From NCBI GenBank assembly GCA_964199315.1, contig OZ116709.1:5952001-6016000 (forward strand): a DNA stretch of 64,000 bases, read 5' to 3'. Below, piece after piece: positions 36,201-48,900 of this stretch. The stretch comes from Orbicella franksi (lineage: Eukaryota). The notes beneath the pieces were generated by a model, which worked only from the letters and a program-made list of their open reading frames with translations, was not told the DNA's origin and ran no database searches. Every line of letters begins with the position of its first letter. Position 1 is the stretch's first letter. The position numbers were made by a program, and so were the translations under genes.

Positions 36201-39200
36201 GATTGGCTATCTAACAGACAGACCGACCGATAGATAGACCGTTTTACCGACCGATTTACCGACCGACCTTTTGACTGACTGACTGACTGACTGACTGACT
36301 AACTGACTAACTGACCTCGCACGAATGAACGGACGGTAAGTCTTGTTTCAGCATAAAAGTGAAATAAAAAAATTGCGCCTAACCTTGTTGAGAATCACCT
36401 GAAGTCTTGACAGGCACATGAACGCAGCTTCCACCAAAACAAGGTCATTGTACGAGCTAAGAGCCTGTCAGAAAGAAACCCGTCACACGTCTGTAAATGA
36501 AATGAACTGCAAAACGAAATTCTGCACTTTTACAGAATTTTTTTCCTTTTGGGTTTAATCTCCTTTCCCAAGTGTCTTTCTACCTACATTAGCCCTTGTT
36601 TCGAGGTTCCTTTCGAAATAGAGCTAATTTTGTACATCACAAAAAAGACTTTCTCTTCTTCTTTCTTTCTATATCACAACATAAAACTCAAGTGACCGGG
36701 AAAGACCCCTTACCATAATCAACACGTTTAAGACTTTCTGTACCAGTCTATCGTCCGCTTCTTTGCAGATACAGCCAAGAACTACTATGGAGCGAGGCTG
36801 GAGTGCAGGGTTGAACTCAAAAGCAAAACTGCAGAAAAGTGGAAATACGATAATAAGGCCACGGATGATGTGAACAAATTAAGTACCGAAACCATAAACA
36901 AAACAAATATCAAATGGTAGCGTGGCCGAGTGGTCTAAGGCGCTGGTTTAAGGCACCAGTCATTTCGATGGCGCGGGTTCGAATCCCACCGCTGCCAAAG
37001 AAGATTTTTCTTTTTTTGAAATCACAAGGCGGTAAGAACTGCCTTTTTCGTAAGCTTTAAAATGAACACTGGTGCAAAACCCTCCTTGTGAAAATTATAC
37101 CGCAAATTGGTAGTTCTTTTTGTCCCCAAAGAAATCTAGCGGGAGCATACCTCCCAGACGTTTCACGAAAGGACGCGTACGATCTCACGGAAAAATAGCT
37201 ACATCTGTAAAATAGCGAGAGACGTGTTTTACCAGACAACTATTTCACCCGCAATCATCTTAAAATAGGCCTAGCGCGTTCAATGCAAGTTACTGAGCAC
37301 GTGAGAGGTATCTAAATGCCTGAAAGAAGTCACATACGTTTTACATCAGGAGAACTGTATTTCGGGAAAAAGCACACTTACTTTGACGCTAATTCTGTCC
37401 ACTTTTTGAGCCATGTGCATTCTGGCAAGTCCTTCATGCAACTCTGTTCGGCAAAATAAAATTCGAAGGAAAGTCAGTTAACCGGCCCTTATCTTAAGCT
37501 AGGACAGACTTGTTACAGATAGTCACGTGGTCAAGTTCCTTTTGGCTAGTGTTGCGTTACCTCCATTATTTCCAGCAGTAAGTCAGTGATTGTTTCCATT
37601 GCTGTCATGCTCAGTGGCTCTCCTTCACAGTCCCTCAGTGTGTACCTTCCTTGGTAGGTCGCTTTGAAAGCTTTAACAGCTGGCGTTTTTACCTTGGAGA
37701 TGCCTTCAAATTGACGATTATAACTGTTTGTTAATTTATCAAACGTGACAGAATCATCTAAAGTAGCATGACGCAATGCGCGACAGTACCGCCTTGAATG
37801 CTGTGACGCAGCGCGACTGATAACGCGGCGTGACCGAGGGCGTGACAAAATGCAAAGGTAGCGCAAGCAACTAGCATCCATTTGTATCTCATTTATGGAG
37901 ATTTCAAATCAAAAATATACCAAAATGCAAGCAAAAGTTAATAATTCTAGCTTATAACAAACAATGTTCTACTTGTTACACTTACCAAAGAGAAGATAAA
38001 ACTTGGGCGACGAGAGTTCCGCCAGCCGCATACGAAGAAGTTTATGAGTTTCATCTACCAAGATGGAAAAAGAAACTCAATGAATTATCGTTTCTCAGCC
38101 CAACTTAAAACAGAGAAGTGTACGCATACGAGATTAAAAAGCCATATTTAAGGTTATTCGGGCTTTACATAAGATATCTAAGTTTTCTCTTCGAGTCATC
38201 AGCAAAAAGTCAGGCGTGCAGATACGAGACACCCGGAGGGTACTCCCAGAAAAATTGGGTGGGGTGTGCGGTCCGCTTCCCAAAACCCTTGCCCTATTTA
38301 TGACCAAAATCTGCGAGTTTCCCTATCCTATTTATGACCTGACCAAAAATTTGATATCCTATTTATGACCGTTGCGGCTGGCTCGATACCCTATTTATGA
38401 CCAAAACGGCTGAAAAACCATACCTATGGAGCCCATATAAGGGAGTACTCCTGGGTTAGGGAAACACCCGGCAGCGTTAGAGTAAACTTAAATTTCCCAG
38501 GAGTAAACTGTTACAGTGGGACTACTTCAACCATGGCCACCCAACAACATCACAATCGTCACATATCATTGATCTAAGCAAGTTGCGCACCACAGAAATA
38601 ATAAATTTGTGACCAGTTTTAATGCTTTAACACTCGATGCTATTCGTCAATTTGCAAATAATTTCAGTTCTCGGTCGGCCTTGATTGTAGTAATCAGTCG
38701 GTATGATGCCTCCGAATATTCTGAAAAATTTTCAAGTTCGTCGCTTGTGATCCGTGTTAATCTTCTCCAGTCTTAGCCATCCTTGTTCCTTTATGGTTTG
38801 TTATTATCTCTTTGATGTTTTTCTATCTTAGTAAACTACCATGAAGACATGATTGATCATCGCAGTTATGTACACAACTTAATTTTCTACTATCAAACTA
38901 CTATTTTCAGGTTTCCTTCAAGTCAAAGGTAATTTCATAGGTGGCCAAAATAACTCCAAATACCGTGACTGAGCCCCTTTAACACTCACTCACCACTGAA
39001 CTTGATACAAGAGCAGGTACAGAGCGAGTGGATAATGTTGATAACCAGTCCATGGATTGAGGCGCGGATGGTTGGTGGACCAGTCGAGACGAGAAGAGCG
39101 ACGAGATGAAACAGGTACGGGATGTGACTGGCAACTGGAAAGAAACAAGCAGTATCACTGTATGTATAGCTTCGGGTGAATTTCAGGACCACTACCAAAT

Positions 39201-39888
39201 GAAATAAATCAAACATAGAGGTACCACGCTTTGTTCTTCAGTCTCCGATTCCTATAGGCGAATCTTTGCCTACATTTGTTTACATTTTTCCTCATTAACA
39301 AACGACTTTGCGCAGAGAAGGCATCGCGCTACACACGAATTGACTACAATCATTTAAACTTGGACATCGGTGAAACGTTTGGCTCTTTGGGTGTAATATT
39401 GGAGGAGAAATTGGCTTTCAAAAACAAGCAAAATTTCTCAAAATTTCTGATTGTTTCCACACGGTTCTCGTTCGTTTGTCACATTGACAGTAACGGTATG
39501 TGTGAAATTATCGAGTTGGCTGGTCAAACAAGCTTTGTCAATTATGTAAGGGTTCATCACATGCATGATTTGTCCATTGCTGCAAGGTTTCGTCTTGAAA
39601 TTGGCGGTTCATCTTATTTGTGTGTATGTCCACTCATAGCCTGCGAATGCAGACGTATTTCCTGCTGTCCTTGTCTCCGCCGAAAATGGGCGGAGACAAG
39701 CGACAACTGGAAATACGTCTGCATTCGCAGGTTCGTCCAGTAGGTGCAGCTAGAGAAATCTTACCATCGAGGCAATCGTTGAAGGAAAGCATAAGAAGAT
39801 ATCTTGTGAGGATAGCAATGTCGTCCCACATGAGGTGCTGTTCAAGGCGAAGAGTTGGAGAAATAAAGGTCTTGCTGATGAGCTGGTT

Positions 39889-39921
<33 letters not shown>

Positions 39922-39928
39922 AAACAAA

Positions 39929-39959
<31 letters not shown>

Positions 39960-42900
39960 AGTGAAAAAAAATCAGCGTAACTAGGAATTGAAGGGAAACG
40001 GTGATCAGAGTATAATTGCGTTTGAAGATGTCATTGTAAAGTTAGGCTGACAGGATATAAGAATAAGCATATCGATCAATCATTAATGGAGAACGTCTTA
40101 CCGAGTCCAGCCTTCCGATGACCTTACGTGAGACAACTTGCACGTTAGCTGACGCCAAAGCCACGGCAGTGTCGGCCATAACTTCTGCCTTTACAGATCC
40201 AAGACCACCTGTAGCACTGGCCTGAAGCAATAAAAATGCATTTTACAGTTGGCTTGTTCTACTGTCGTAAAAATTGTTGATTAGTTTATCTGGATAAAAG
40301 CGTGACGCTTAAGCTAGTCTCTCCTCTACAGAGGCCTCATTCGTGCTGCCTTCACTGTCTAAGCTTGCAGTTCGAGAGCCTGGGGAGAGGGAACGTCAGT
40401 CGATGCGGTAAAAAAAGATGTCACTCAACATCAAAACATGTGACTTACTGGAAAAGGCAGCACGTATGTCTTTCTGATCCATCTGATGCCACAAAAATAT
40501 TCGTATGCGGCATTTTAACGTATAATATAAATGCGAAATGCCATCAAATCCACACAGAACTCATCACAAGGAGTAAAGAATTATAAACAGTAAAAACATG
40601 GATGTACGTTCGTGAGAAAATACCTTTATGAAGCAGTCAAGAACTGTGTCCAACAACTCGGTCACTTTTCCCACATTGCCCCAGATTGTTGCTTGAACTG
40701 ATGGATACATGGTCTACAACAAGGAAACAATAACTTTATTGCTAAAGGTAAGAGTTTTGAGTAATCAAAACATGAACTGAAAGAGTGCAGTTAAGCTCAT
40801 GCCAAACTCCACAGTTTACAAATATCAGAAATGGAAAGTGTGATGAATATGATAAAGGCATTTGAAAGGCGGCATTTTGATCAGAGCACGGAACCTACCC
40901 CTTTTTCTTTCACAGTCAGGTTGATCAGTTCTTCAAGAATACGCGTCATTTTCACTTTCTGTGGATCATCGGCAGGAAACCTGCAAAACCTTAAAAGAAA
41001 GAGAATCCGTTTAATTTGGAAAAAGTGATGCTGAGGTTTTCTATCTAGAATTCTGCGTACTTGATTTACGACGCGTTGACCAAAGTCAATTTACGACAAA
41101 CACTCTTTTCCAGGTCTCCATAATGAGGAGGACTGGACGAGGAGTGTATAGGACTGCCTGTACAACTCATAAATGAGACTGATCTAGTGACTGACAATGC
41201 GAATGCACAGAAAAGCTCTGCCGATGAGGTATTTTCAAACTTTTGCGAACCTAACTAAAAGAGATGTTACGATACAACAACGTTGTATTGCTTATAACAA
41301 GGCCAAGCTTCATTTGAAAATGCAACACTTGCTGTTCAACTGATGAAAACATTGACTAACTGACAATAACCAACCTTGCTAAATTTGGTAGCCAAGGCGC
41401 CATGTACTCCAAACACAAATGCTTGAGTTCATAATCTGATTTTACAAAACCTGCAATACATTCCTCTAAGAACTGAAGTGAAGAAAGCAGAAAAACTTAC
41501 ATCAGATTAAAACAAAGAAAATGCTTTGATTTTTTAAAGGGTTATACACTAATGAATTAACTGAGAATAATAATATACGTATTCTTCTCATACCTCAAGT
41601 GTAAGCTGGGGTTCTCTAGCAGCAAGTTTCTCGCTGATGCCAACAATAAACAGTGTGTTGTTTGCAGGAATGCACAAACCTGGAGAGATGACGCAAAACG
41701 CAACTTTAGCAAATCATAGTCAATTACAGTGAAACATTTCTGTGCTACAAAGCGTTTCCTCACACACCGCTGGGAGCCATGCCAAGTCGAACCACACAGC
41801 CTGACCTTTATTGACATAAGAACATAAGTCTTACAATGACACAAAAAAGTGGTTAGAGAATAATTTCACCTCAACTTAACACATTCTACAAGTACTTCAC
41901 GGGTGGGTGGGTGGGGCATGTCAGGCAATGGCGGATGGCAAAACAAAAACTGAAACCTTACACAGGTCACGTGACCTGAAACCCCCCCGCACACCTGTAC
42001 CCAGACCGTGGCTCCCAGCCGTGTGTGGGAAAAACGTTTTCCGCTTCTTTCGTTCCTCAGCCAACGGAAAACCACACTTCACTCACGTGCCCATTACCCA
42101 TGCAAATTTATTGGAAAAAAAGAAAGTGTCTACATACGAAAAGAGTTCAACTTCCACAGGATTTGTTTGGTGCACTAACATGGCCGCCGTTTCATTGTCT
42201 TGGAACACCAACATGGCTGCCATGACGTCATGTAAAAACGTTGTATAAACCAGCGGTTGCCATACAAGGCTCATGCGCAATTCCTGTTTAAACTACAGTA
42301 TTATTCTTTTACCAGCTTAATCTCTATTGCCTCGATTAATTCTGAGAATTTTTGCGCTATCCCTTCCGCCTAAGCAAGGAGACCAAAAGTGAAAACCCTT
42401 TCAGTAGGAATGTTAATGCAAAAGACCTTTTTCACGATTTAAATGAAATGGCCTGAAAAAGACCTCCCTCACTCGAGCTTAGTTCCTTCAGATAAGCCCA
42501 CACTAAGAACAAACCTGTTCCTTCTAAAAGTCGTTCCTCGATTTTCAGGTTAAACGACTTTGTCACTGAACACAGAAGATTGTAAGCAGCCAGGCGAAGA
42601 CTGGGATCTGAAGTACCAAGATTCAACAGCGCCTGTAAGTAAAAACAATAAAAATAATAATCTTAAAACCGACTTACCACTGCTACAGGATGAAAGATTT
42701 CTCAAATAAAACTCACAACTCAACCTAATTCTCTCCTTTGACTGTTTGGTCATGCATGCGCACGACGAAAACCTCAGATACTTACTCAAGGTACTAAGTC
42801 CAGAGATACCCGTTAAGCCTAGTTCACACCAACGAAATAACGACATAACGACATAAGAAGGACGCCATGTGGTTATGTTTGCAGTGTGAACATCGTGATC

Positions 42901-45900
42901 TTTTCTTCATGTCTTTATGTTGATGTTCATATTACCGACAGAAACAATTATGTCGTTATATCGTCATCACTATGTCGTTATGTCGCTAGTGTGAACCAGG
43001 CGTTGGAATCAAAAGGTGAAAACAGTGGCGTATAAGCTAACGTCTTACCATGTTGAGTAACGTCCCAGGAACATCTTTAGGTTTGATCTTTTTGCTTGTG
43101 GCTGTGGATGAATCCTGAAAAAGAGTAAACACAAAAACATGACTACTTGTTAATGGACAAGAACTACAACACCCGTTAGTGCATACGTGCGGCACGAAGA
43201 CTTACAGGTTGTGACAACTGCCACCTGGTCTTGACATGCGTGACAGCTTGGACAATCTGCTCGCAGTCATTGCTCATCAGTAGAATACCTGGACCGACAT
43301 TTGCAAGCTTTAGCAGACAGAGGTTCTCGTCTTCAACTGTGGCCTGTAAAAAATGGGGTGAGCATTTAGTTAAGGTAACTGGCGAAACAAGCTAAGAGTA
43401 GTGCAAAAAAATAATTGCACCATATTTAAAAGCTATCTTGTACGCATATTCTAGTCTGATGATGGTATAGATCCTACCGAAATACAACTTCTAGTTTCGC
43501 CAATTGCTGTCTGAATTTCAACACAATGAACATTCTCGGATTATCATACATTCCTTAGCCTTATTAATTGTTCCCAAATCACTAGGTACAAAATCAGATT
43601 TAATGGCGACTGATAGAGTTAGCATTTAGCCACTCAAACACACGTCCATTAGAATACAAGAAAGTTTGCGAAGATACTTTTTTTAATCTGCAAGCACCAG
43701 CATTTGTTCAGAGACTCTCCCTTGCCTGACCTAGGAACAGGTGTAAGGAAAGATATCACTACAGTTCTCACAACATAAGTAACTTACCCCTTTAACTTCG
43801 GAAGCATAATACACGTCATTTAGAATGCTAGAATAACCCAACACTCTATGCCTTTCTGGAGTGGTGATCTGAACTGACGTAGGTCCAACCTGAAAACAAC
43901 AAAATCAAGAGGTTAGAGCGACAGTTAGAGCGGTGTTTAAGGCATGAAGCCATTAGGGGTATTACTACCCCACCTCACCCCCACCCCGCCTGGATGACAT
44001 GCAATATTCTACCCCACCATAACCCCCAGCGTTTCTCTTAGGTGCCTAGGCAATTTCCCGCTTTCGAAACGAGAAGAAATCTGGGGCGAGTCTAGTCTCG
44101 CAGTAGCTTCTGGGATCGTTACTGAGGACAATATTTCTTCTCATCGTTTGTTTTGTTCCCAGTAACGGTGCCACAAGCTACTGGGACACCAGACGTCCTG
44201 GGTTTCTTCTCGTTCCCAAAGTAACGAATTGTTAAAATTCATTCATTCCCCTGCGTAGCCCGCAAAACAGGCGGATTAGTGAGGCAGATATTTTTGACTC
44301 GTGCTTCGCGCAAGTAGTCGCGCTCCGCGCTCGTGTATCGCGTTTCGCGCTCGTGTATCGCGTTTCGCTCTCTGCCCTACTAATCTCCCACGTGGAAAAT
44401 GCACAAGTGTTTTTGCCCAAACGAAAACGCGATGGCCCCGGGCAGGAGTTCGTAACTCGCTAATCATCAACCCAAGGAACCTCCCAAAACGAGAAGATTA
44501 TTTAAACAATAAATACTACTTTACCAAACGGGGAAATAAAATCGCTAATCACCTTGACTAAAACGCTACTTCTCGTTGACACCCGAAAAGCGGGAAAAAC
44601 CTGTGGAAAACAAACGAAACAAAGCAATACTTAAAGCATGATTTCCTATAGCCTGATCCAGACTCTGGTTTGTGGGGGCGAGAAAAAGGGAACATGGCGA
44701 GAGTGAGACCGCCTTTCTCGCTCCAAACCCCTCACATTTTTTTTTCCACTCGCTTGTCCCCTTTATCAATTTCAAGTTGATAAATACGTAAGTGCGAACA
44801 ACAGTAGTTCGACCTTGTAGATCACACTTTGACAAATGACAGGAAGCCAATAGGATTGCTAACACCTAACACCATGAAATCAGTATTATATTTAATGTGT
44901 TTATATTCTTTAGAGGACAACCCCATTGAGGAGTACGTTAGTGGAACCATTACCTTTAGTTTAATTACTTTAATCAACGTAGACGAAGAAACAATGTTTT
45001 AAGAACTGCTTGCCTTCAAGTCTTCCTCCAGGGACACAGTGGAGCTTGGTAGCTTGAGTTCACTTGGACTGACATATTCATGCAGTTTACTTAGTGACTC
45101 GCAAACGCGCACTACAGAACGGCCCTGTATGAGACACAAAGACATATTTCACTTCAATAGATAGAAATTTGGTATTACATATAACAAAAGAATTGCATCG
45201 GCCATAACTGCTATTCCACCGCACAACCTCTCGCTTAGGCTCTGAGGAAATGTGTGTCCTGCAAGGACTATCTACATAGCAGCAATTCTCGTTATTAAGC
45301 ACAGAAGTAACATTTTTGACTTCACTGACTACAGCACTATGCAAGGCATATATCATATGTGACAGCAGAAGAACTTACCATTCTTCGCTCAAACCAGGCT
45401 CAGTAGTAAGAAATCCTATCAAGTGGAATTAAAGCTAGCGATCCAAGTGATTCATTGTTTGTAGAAACCCTTTGTGGGAGCATTAGCTAGCATTCAAAGA
45501 GTTTCAGAATCTTCTTGTCCAATCAAAATACAGAGTGAGCATCGATAAGCTGTGACGTCAGTGACACGCCAAGTTGCTAAGTGACGTGCTCAATCGACTT
45601 TCGATTAGAAAAAAAAACGATTTACACACGCCACAAAACTTTTATGTTATCTACAACACACTGTCTATATTATTTTAGTATAAATCTACTAGCGTTCTAT
45701 CACGAATGCCGTTCTCTGATTGGCTACGCTACTCACTATCTATTCTGTGATAGATTGTGAGTAGCGTAGCATTGCGCCCATGTTAACAAAGTGACGGCCG
45801 CTTTTTGGCGTTTTCGAAGTGTCTGTGAAGAGGATTTAGATAAAGTTTTGAACGACTAGTAGATTTATACTAAAACAATTAGATTATTCGCTCTCGATTT

Positions 45901-48900
45901 CTATGCGCGATAGAAATATCGAGCTCATAATCTAATTGTTTAATATCACACTGCCTTCTCTCTTTCCTTCCCTACTACTGTATGTTGTTCTCTGAGTGCA
46001 GTCAATTTTGTAACAACTACCTTGAGTGGAGACAAGTGGCGCTCGTTGTACTTGGCATACTGCCTCAGCGTACTACTACAGTTGTACATGTACGCTGCCA
46101 TGAGATTCTTCACTGCACCGTCAGGGACAACTGTCAAGAGCTTTAAAACTGTACTTGGCTGGAACAAATCAACAACACGATTAAAAGCACAGCAACAGAA
46201 GAAAACAAACAAGTCAATTTAGGACAAGGAAGCCAGCTCTTGAGAACGGCGTCCCATGTTTTAGGTGGATGCCTGAGCAATGCTTCCCAGTTGTTAAAAG
46301 AAGCTACGACACGGTTTGCGGCATCTTGAAAAGTTTACCTTAATTTTTCAAATACATCGTTAGTAATCCGTGTTAATCTACTCCGAGGAGTTCAACTAGG
46401 GTCTACCAAGAAACAATTCCAGCAGGCAAGTGATCAGAGCGGGGCTTGAAACCGCGACCTCCGGATTTCAAGTCCGGCGCTTTAACCACTCGGCCACGCT
46501 GCCTCCAGCCTTTAGGACGCGTTGTATAAACTGCTTTTTACTTACACTAAATCGGTTTTCCAATGTCGTGTGGGTAAAGTCGACCACTAATTCCCAAGGC
46601 CTGTCGATGCAGCTTTCTAGTGTAAGCAAGGCGTGATAAATAAGAAGTTCGTCGCTTATTTGGTCACCCCTGCAAATAATAAACATTTCCGAGAAACATC
46701 AGGCATATTGTAGACACACCAAGTAATTTTGCAATCATTTTAATAGACTCAGTCCTCGTCACGGTGACAATTGGCTGCACCGTGAAATAACGAGGCCTTG
46801 TAAATAATCGATTACCGGTCATTTAGCCCCCAAATCGATTAGCCCTTAGCAAATTAGCCCTCAACCAGAAGTCGAATAGCCCCCAAATAGACAGTGTTTT
46901 CGACTTCTGCCTGGGGGCTAAATGGTTAGGGGTTAATCGAACACAATGAATCTTTACCCAGTGTGACAAACCTCGGAACCCGTTATTCGGGGCGTCACGC
47001 AACGAAATAACGGTTGCGAAAGAGACTGAACCCAACTTAATACACAACCAAAGGATGTTACCTTGATGTAACACTAAATTCTCAGAAGTGACAGTAAAAT
47101 AAACGCTTGGCAGCCAGTAAAGAGAATCTATATTTCACTGGGGATGAAAGGGTTGCAAACACGTTTGACTTCAATTTTCTTTTCTAAAGTATAACACAGC
47201 ACCTGAATCGTCTGGCAATATAGTAAAACACTGGATGTCCTCCTTTGGATTTTCCACCCTTAAAAACGAAAAAATTAAACCAAGTAAACTTCCACTTCCA
47301 AATTAATGTCTCTTGACATGTTAAGAAAATTACCATTTCAAATGTAAAATACCAGTATTTTAGTTTGTAAAAAGGCAAACATAAAGCAACACTGTAGTGC
47401 AGTTCAACCACAGTGTAACTAACAGTTTCGTCGCCGCAGCGCAATCGCAAACTGAATGCTTTCGACTGCAAAGCAGTTTTATCGCCGTTTCACTACGCTG
47501 ATTTAAACCCAATTTAACAACACTTTGACGAACATTAACTGCAAATTGAAAGCGGTTTCAAAGTTCTTTCATTACAAATAGGCCATTTTCGTATTATCGG
47601 TATTGGAGTGGAACTACAATCCTGGTCAAAAGTCTTGGGATACTTTGCACTTTTGCCAACATATGGCCTTCCTGTCCATCTCCCCCTCCCCACCCCCAAC
47701 ACAATGTTGATGTTGATTCATCCAAAGTAGACCCACTACTCCAATATTGTTTTTGGAGGGGGGAGGGGGGTTCGGCAAATGAAATAATGACTTCCCACTT
47801 CAAAATAAAGCGTCACCGGTTGTCATTTTGTCAAGTGTCCCAAGGACTTTTGGCCAGGATTGTAGCTTGCAATGGAGGTTTATGCAGGGGAATAAATGAA
47901 TTTGAAAAAATTCCCGCATTAGCCCCAGTAGCAAGCTAGTTCCAGTCAAATTCCGAGACTACGAAAAGCGTATGCGACCATGTTGAAAGTTATTATAGTG
48001 GTCGCTACCATTGCTTGATCGAAATTCTCGCTGTCTACTAACAAAGGATGAAGAAACCACAGATGTTCGTACATGTCTTTTCCTTCTATCTTTAATGCTG
48101 AGGCACTGGGAACTTCCCTCAACAGGGGGAAGCTTACGTTTCCCATAACATCATCCGGCATTGTCGCGTGCGCTTTTACGCTTTTGTAGGACAATCTTTC
48201 TCGAGACAGCTGTATATCACGACACCTTCAAAGAACGACAATGTAGAGTGTTCCCTTAGGCCCAATATGTTACTGATTTATGACAGTAAATTTTCAACCA
48301 AAGGACCTCAAAAGAAGCTATACCACTCGCTTCAACAAAATCTAAAGAAAGGAAAACAGTATTGAAAAAAACCTAACATAAAACGTACTTGATAAAACAC
48401 ATTTAAAGCTTTCATGGCCTGCAAATCGTCGCGACTCTCTTCAGCGTGTCGTGCCATGAATTCCTCAAACCGTGCGCCATCTTGCCACCGTCTAAACGAC
48501 AAACAGCAAAAAAAACAACAACAACAACGTTACACTACCTCTACTGCAATGGCCGGCGTGCACGAAGGAACTAGTCCCTGCAAAAAGTCGCGGAGACAAG
48601 TCCCTTCGTGTGAACTAGCCATTTTTGTCAAAAACTCTAGTAAATTTAATTCTTGTCCCACGAATTTAAACCGGCTTGAACTGAAGGGACGCTGAAGTCT
48701 CGCGACTAACGGTTTGTCTGAACTGTTCGTGGGACAGGTCGCAAGGACTAGTCTCGGGGACTTATCCCTTCGAGTGCCGAGCATAGGAAACGAAATTTAG
48801 CCAATATCAAGCTGCAAACAAAAATGCTACTTTACAGTTGCATAAAGTCACTCTTTGGTTTTGCATGACTACCGAGGCCCTTTCGCATAAGGACTTTCTT

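Noticed and set aside
45380-45416. Candidate NF1 micro-exon with a strong GTAAGT donor
   Set aside because: The phase-compatible version contains a stop. The acceptor at 45124 joins the neighbouring exons without it.
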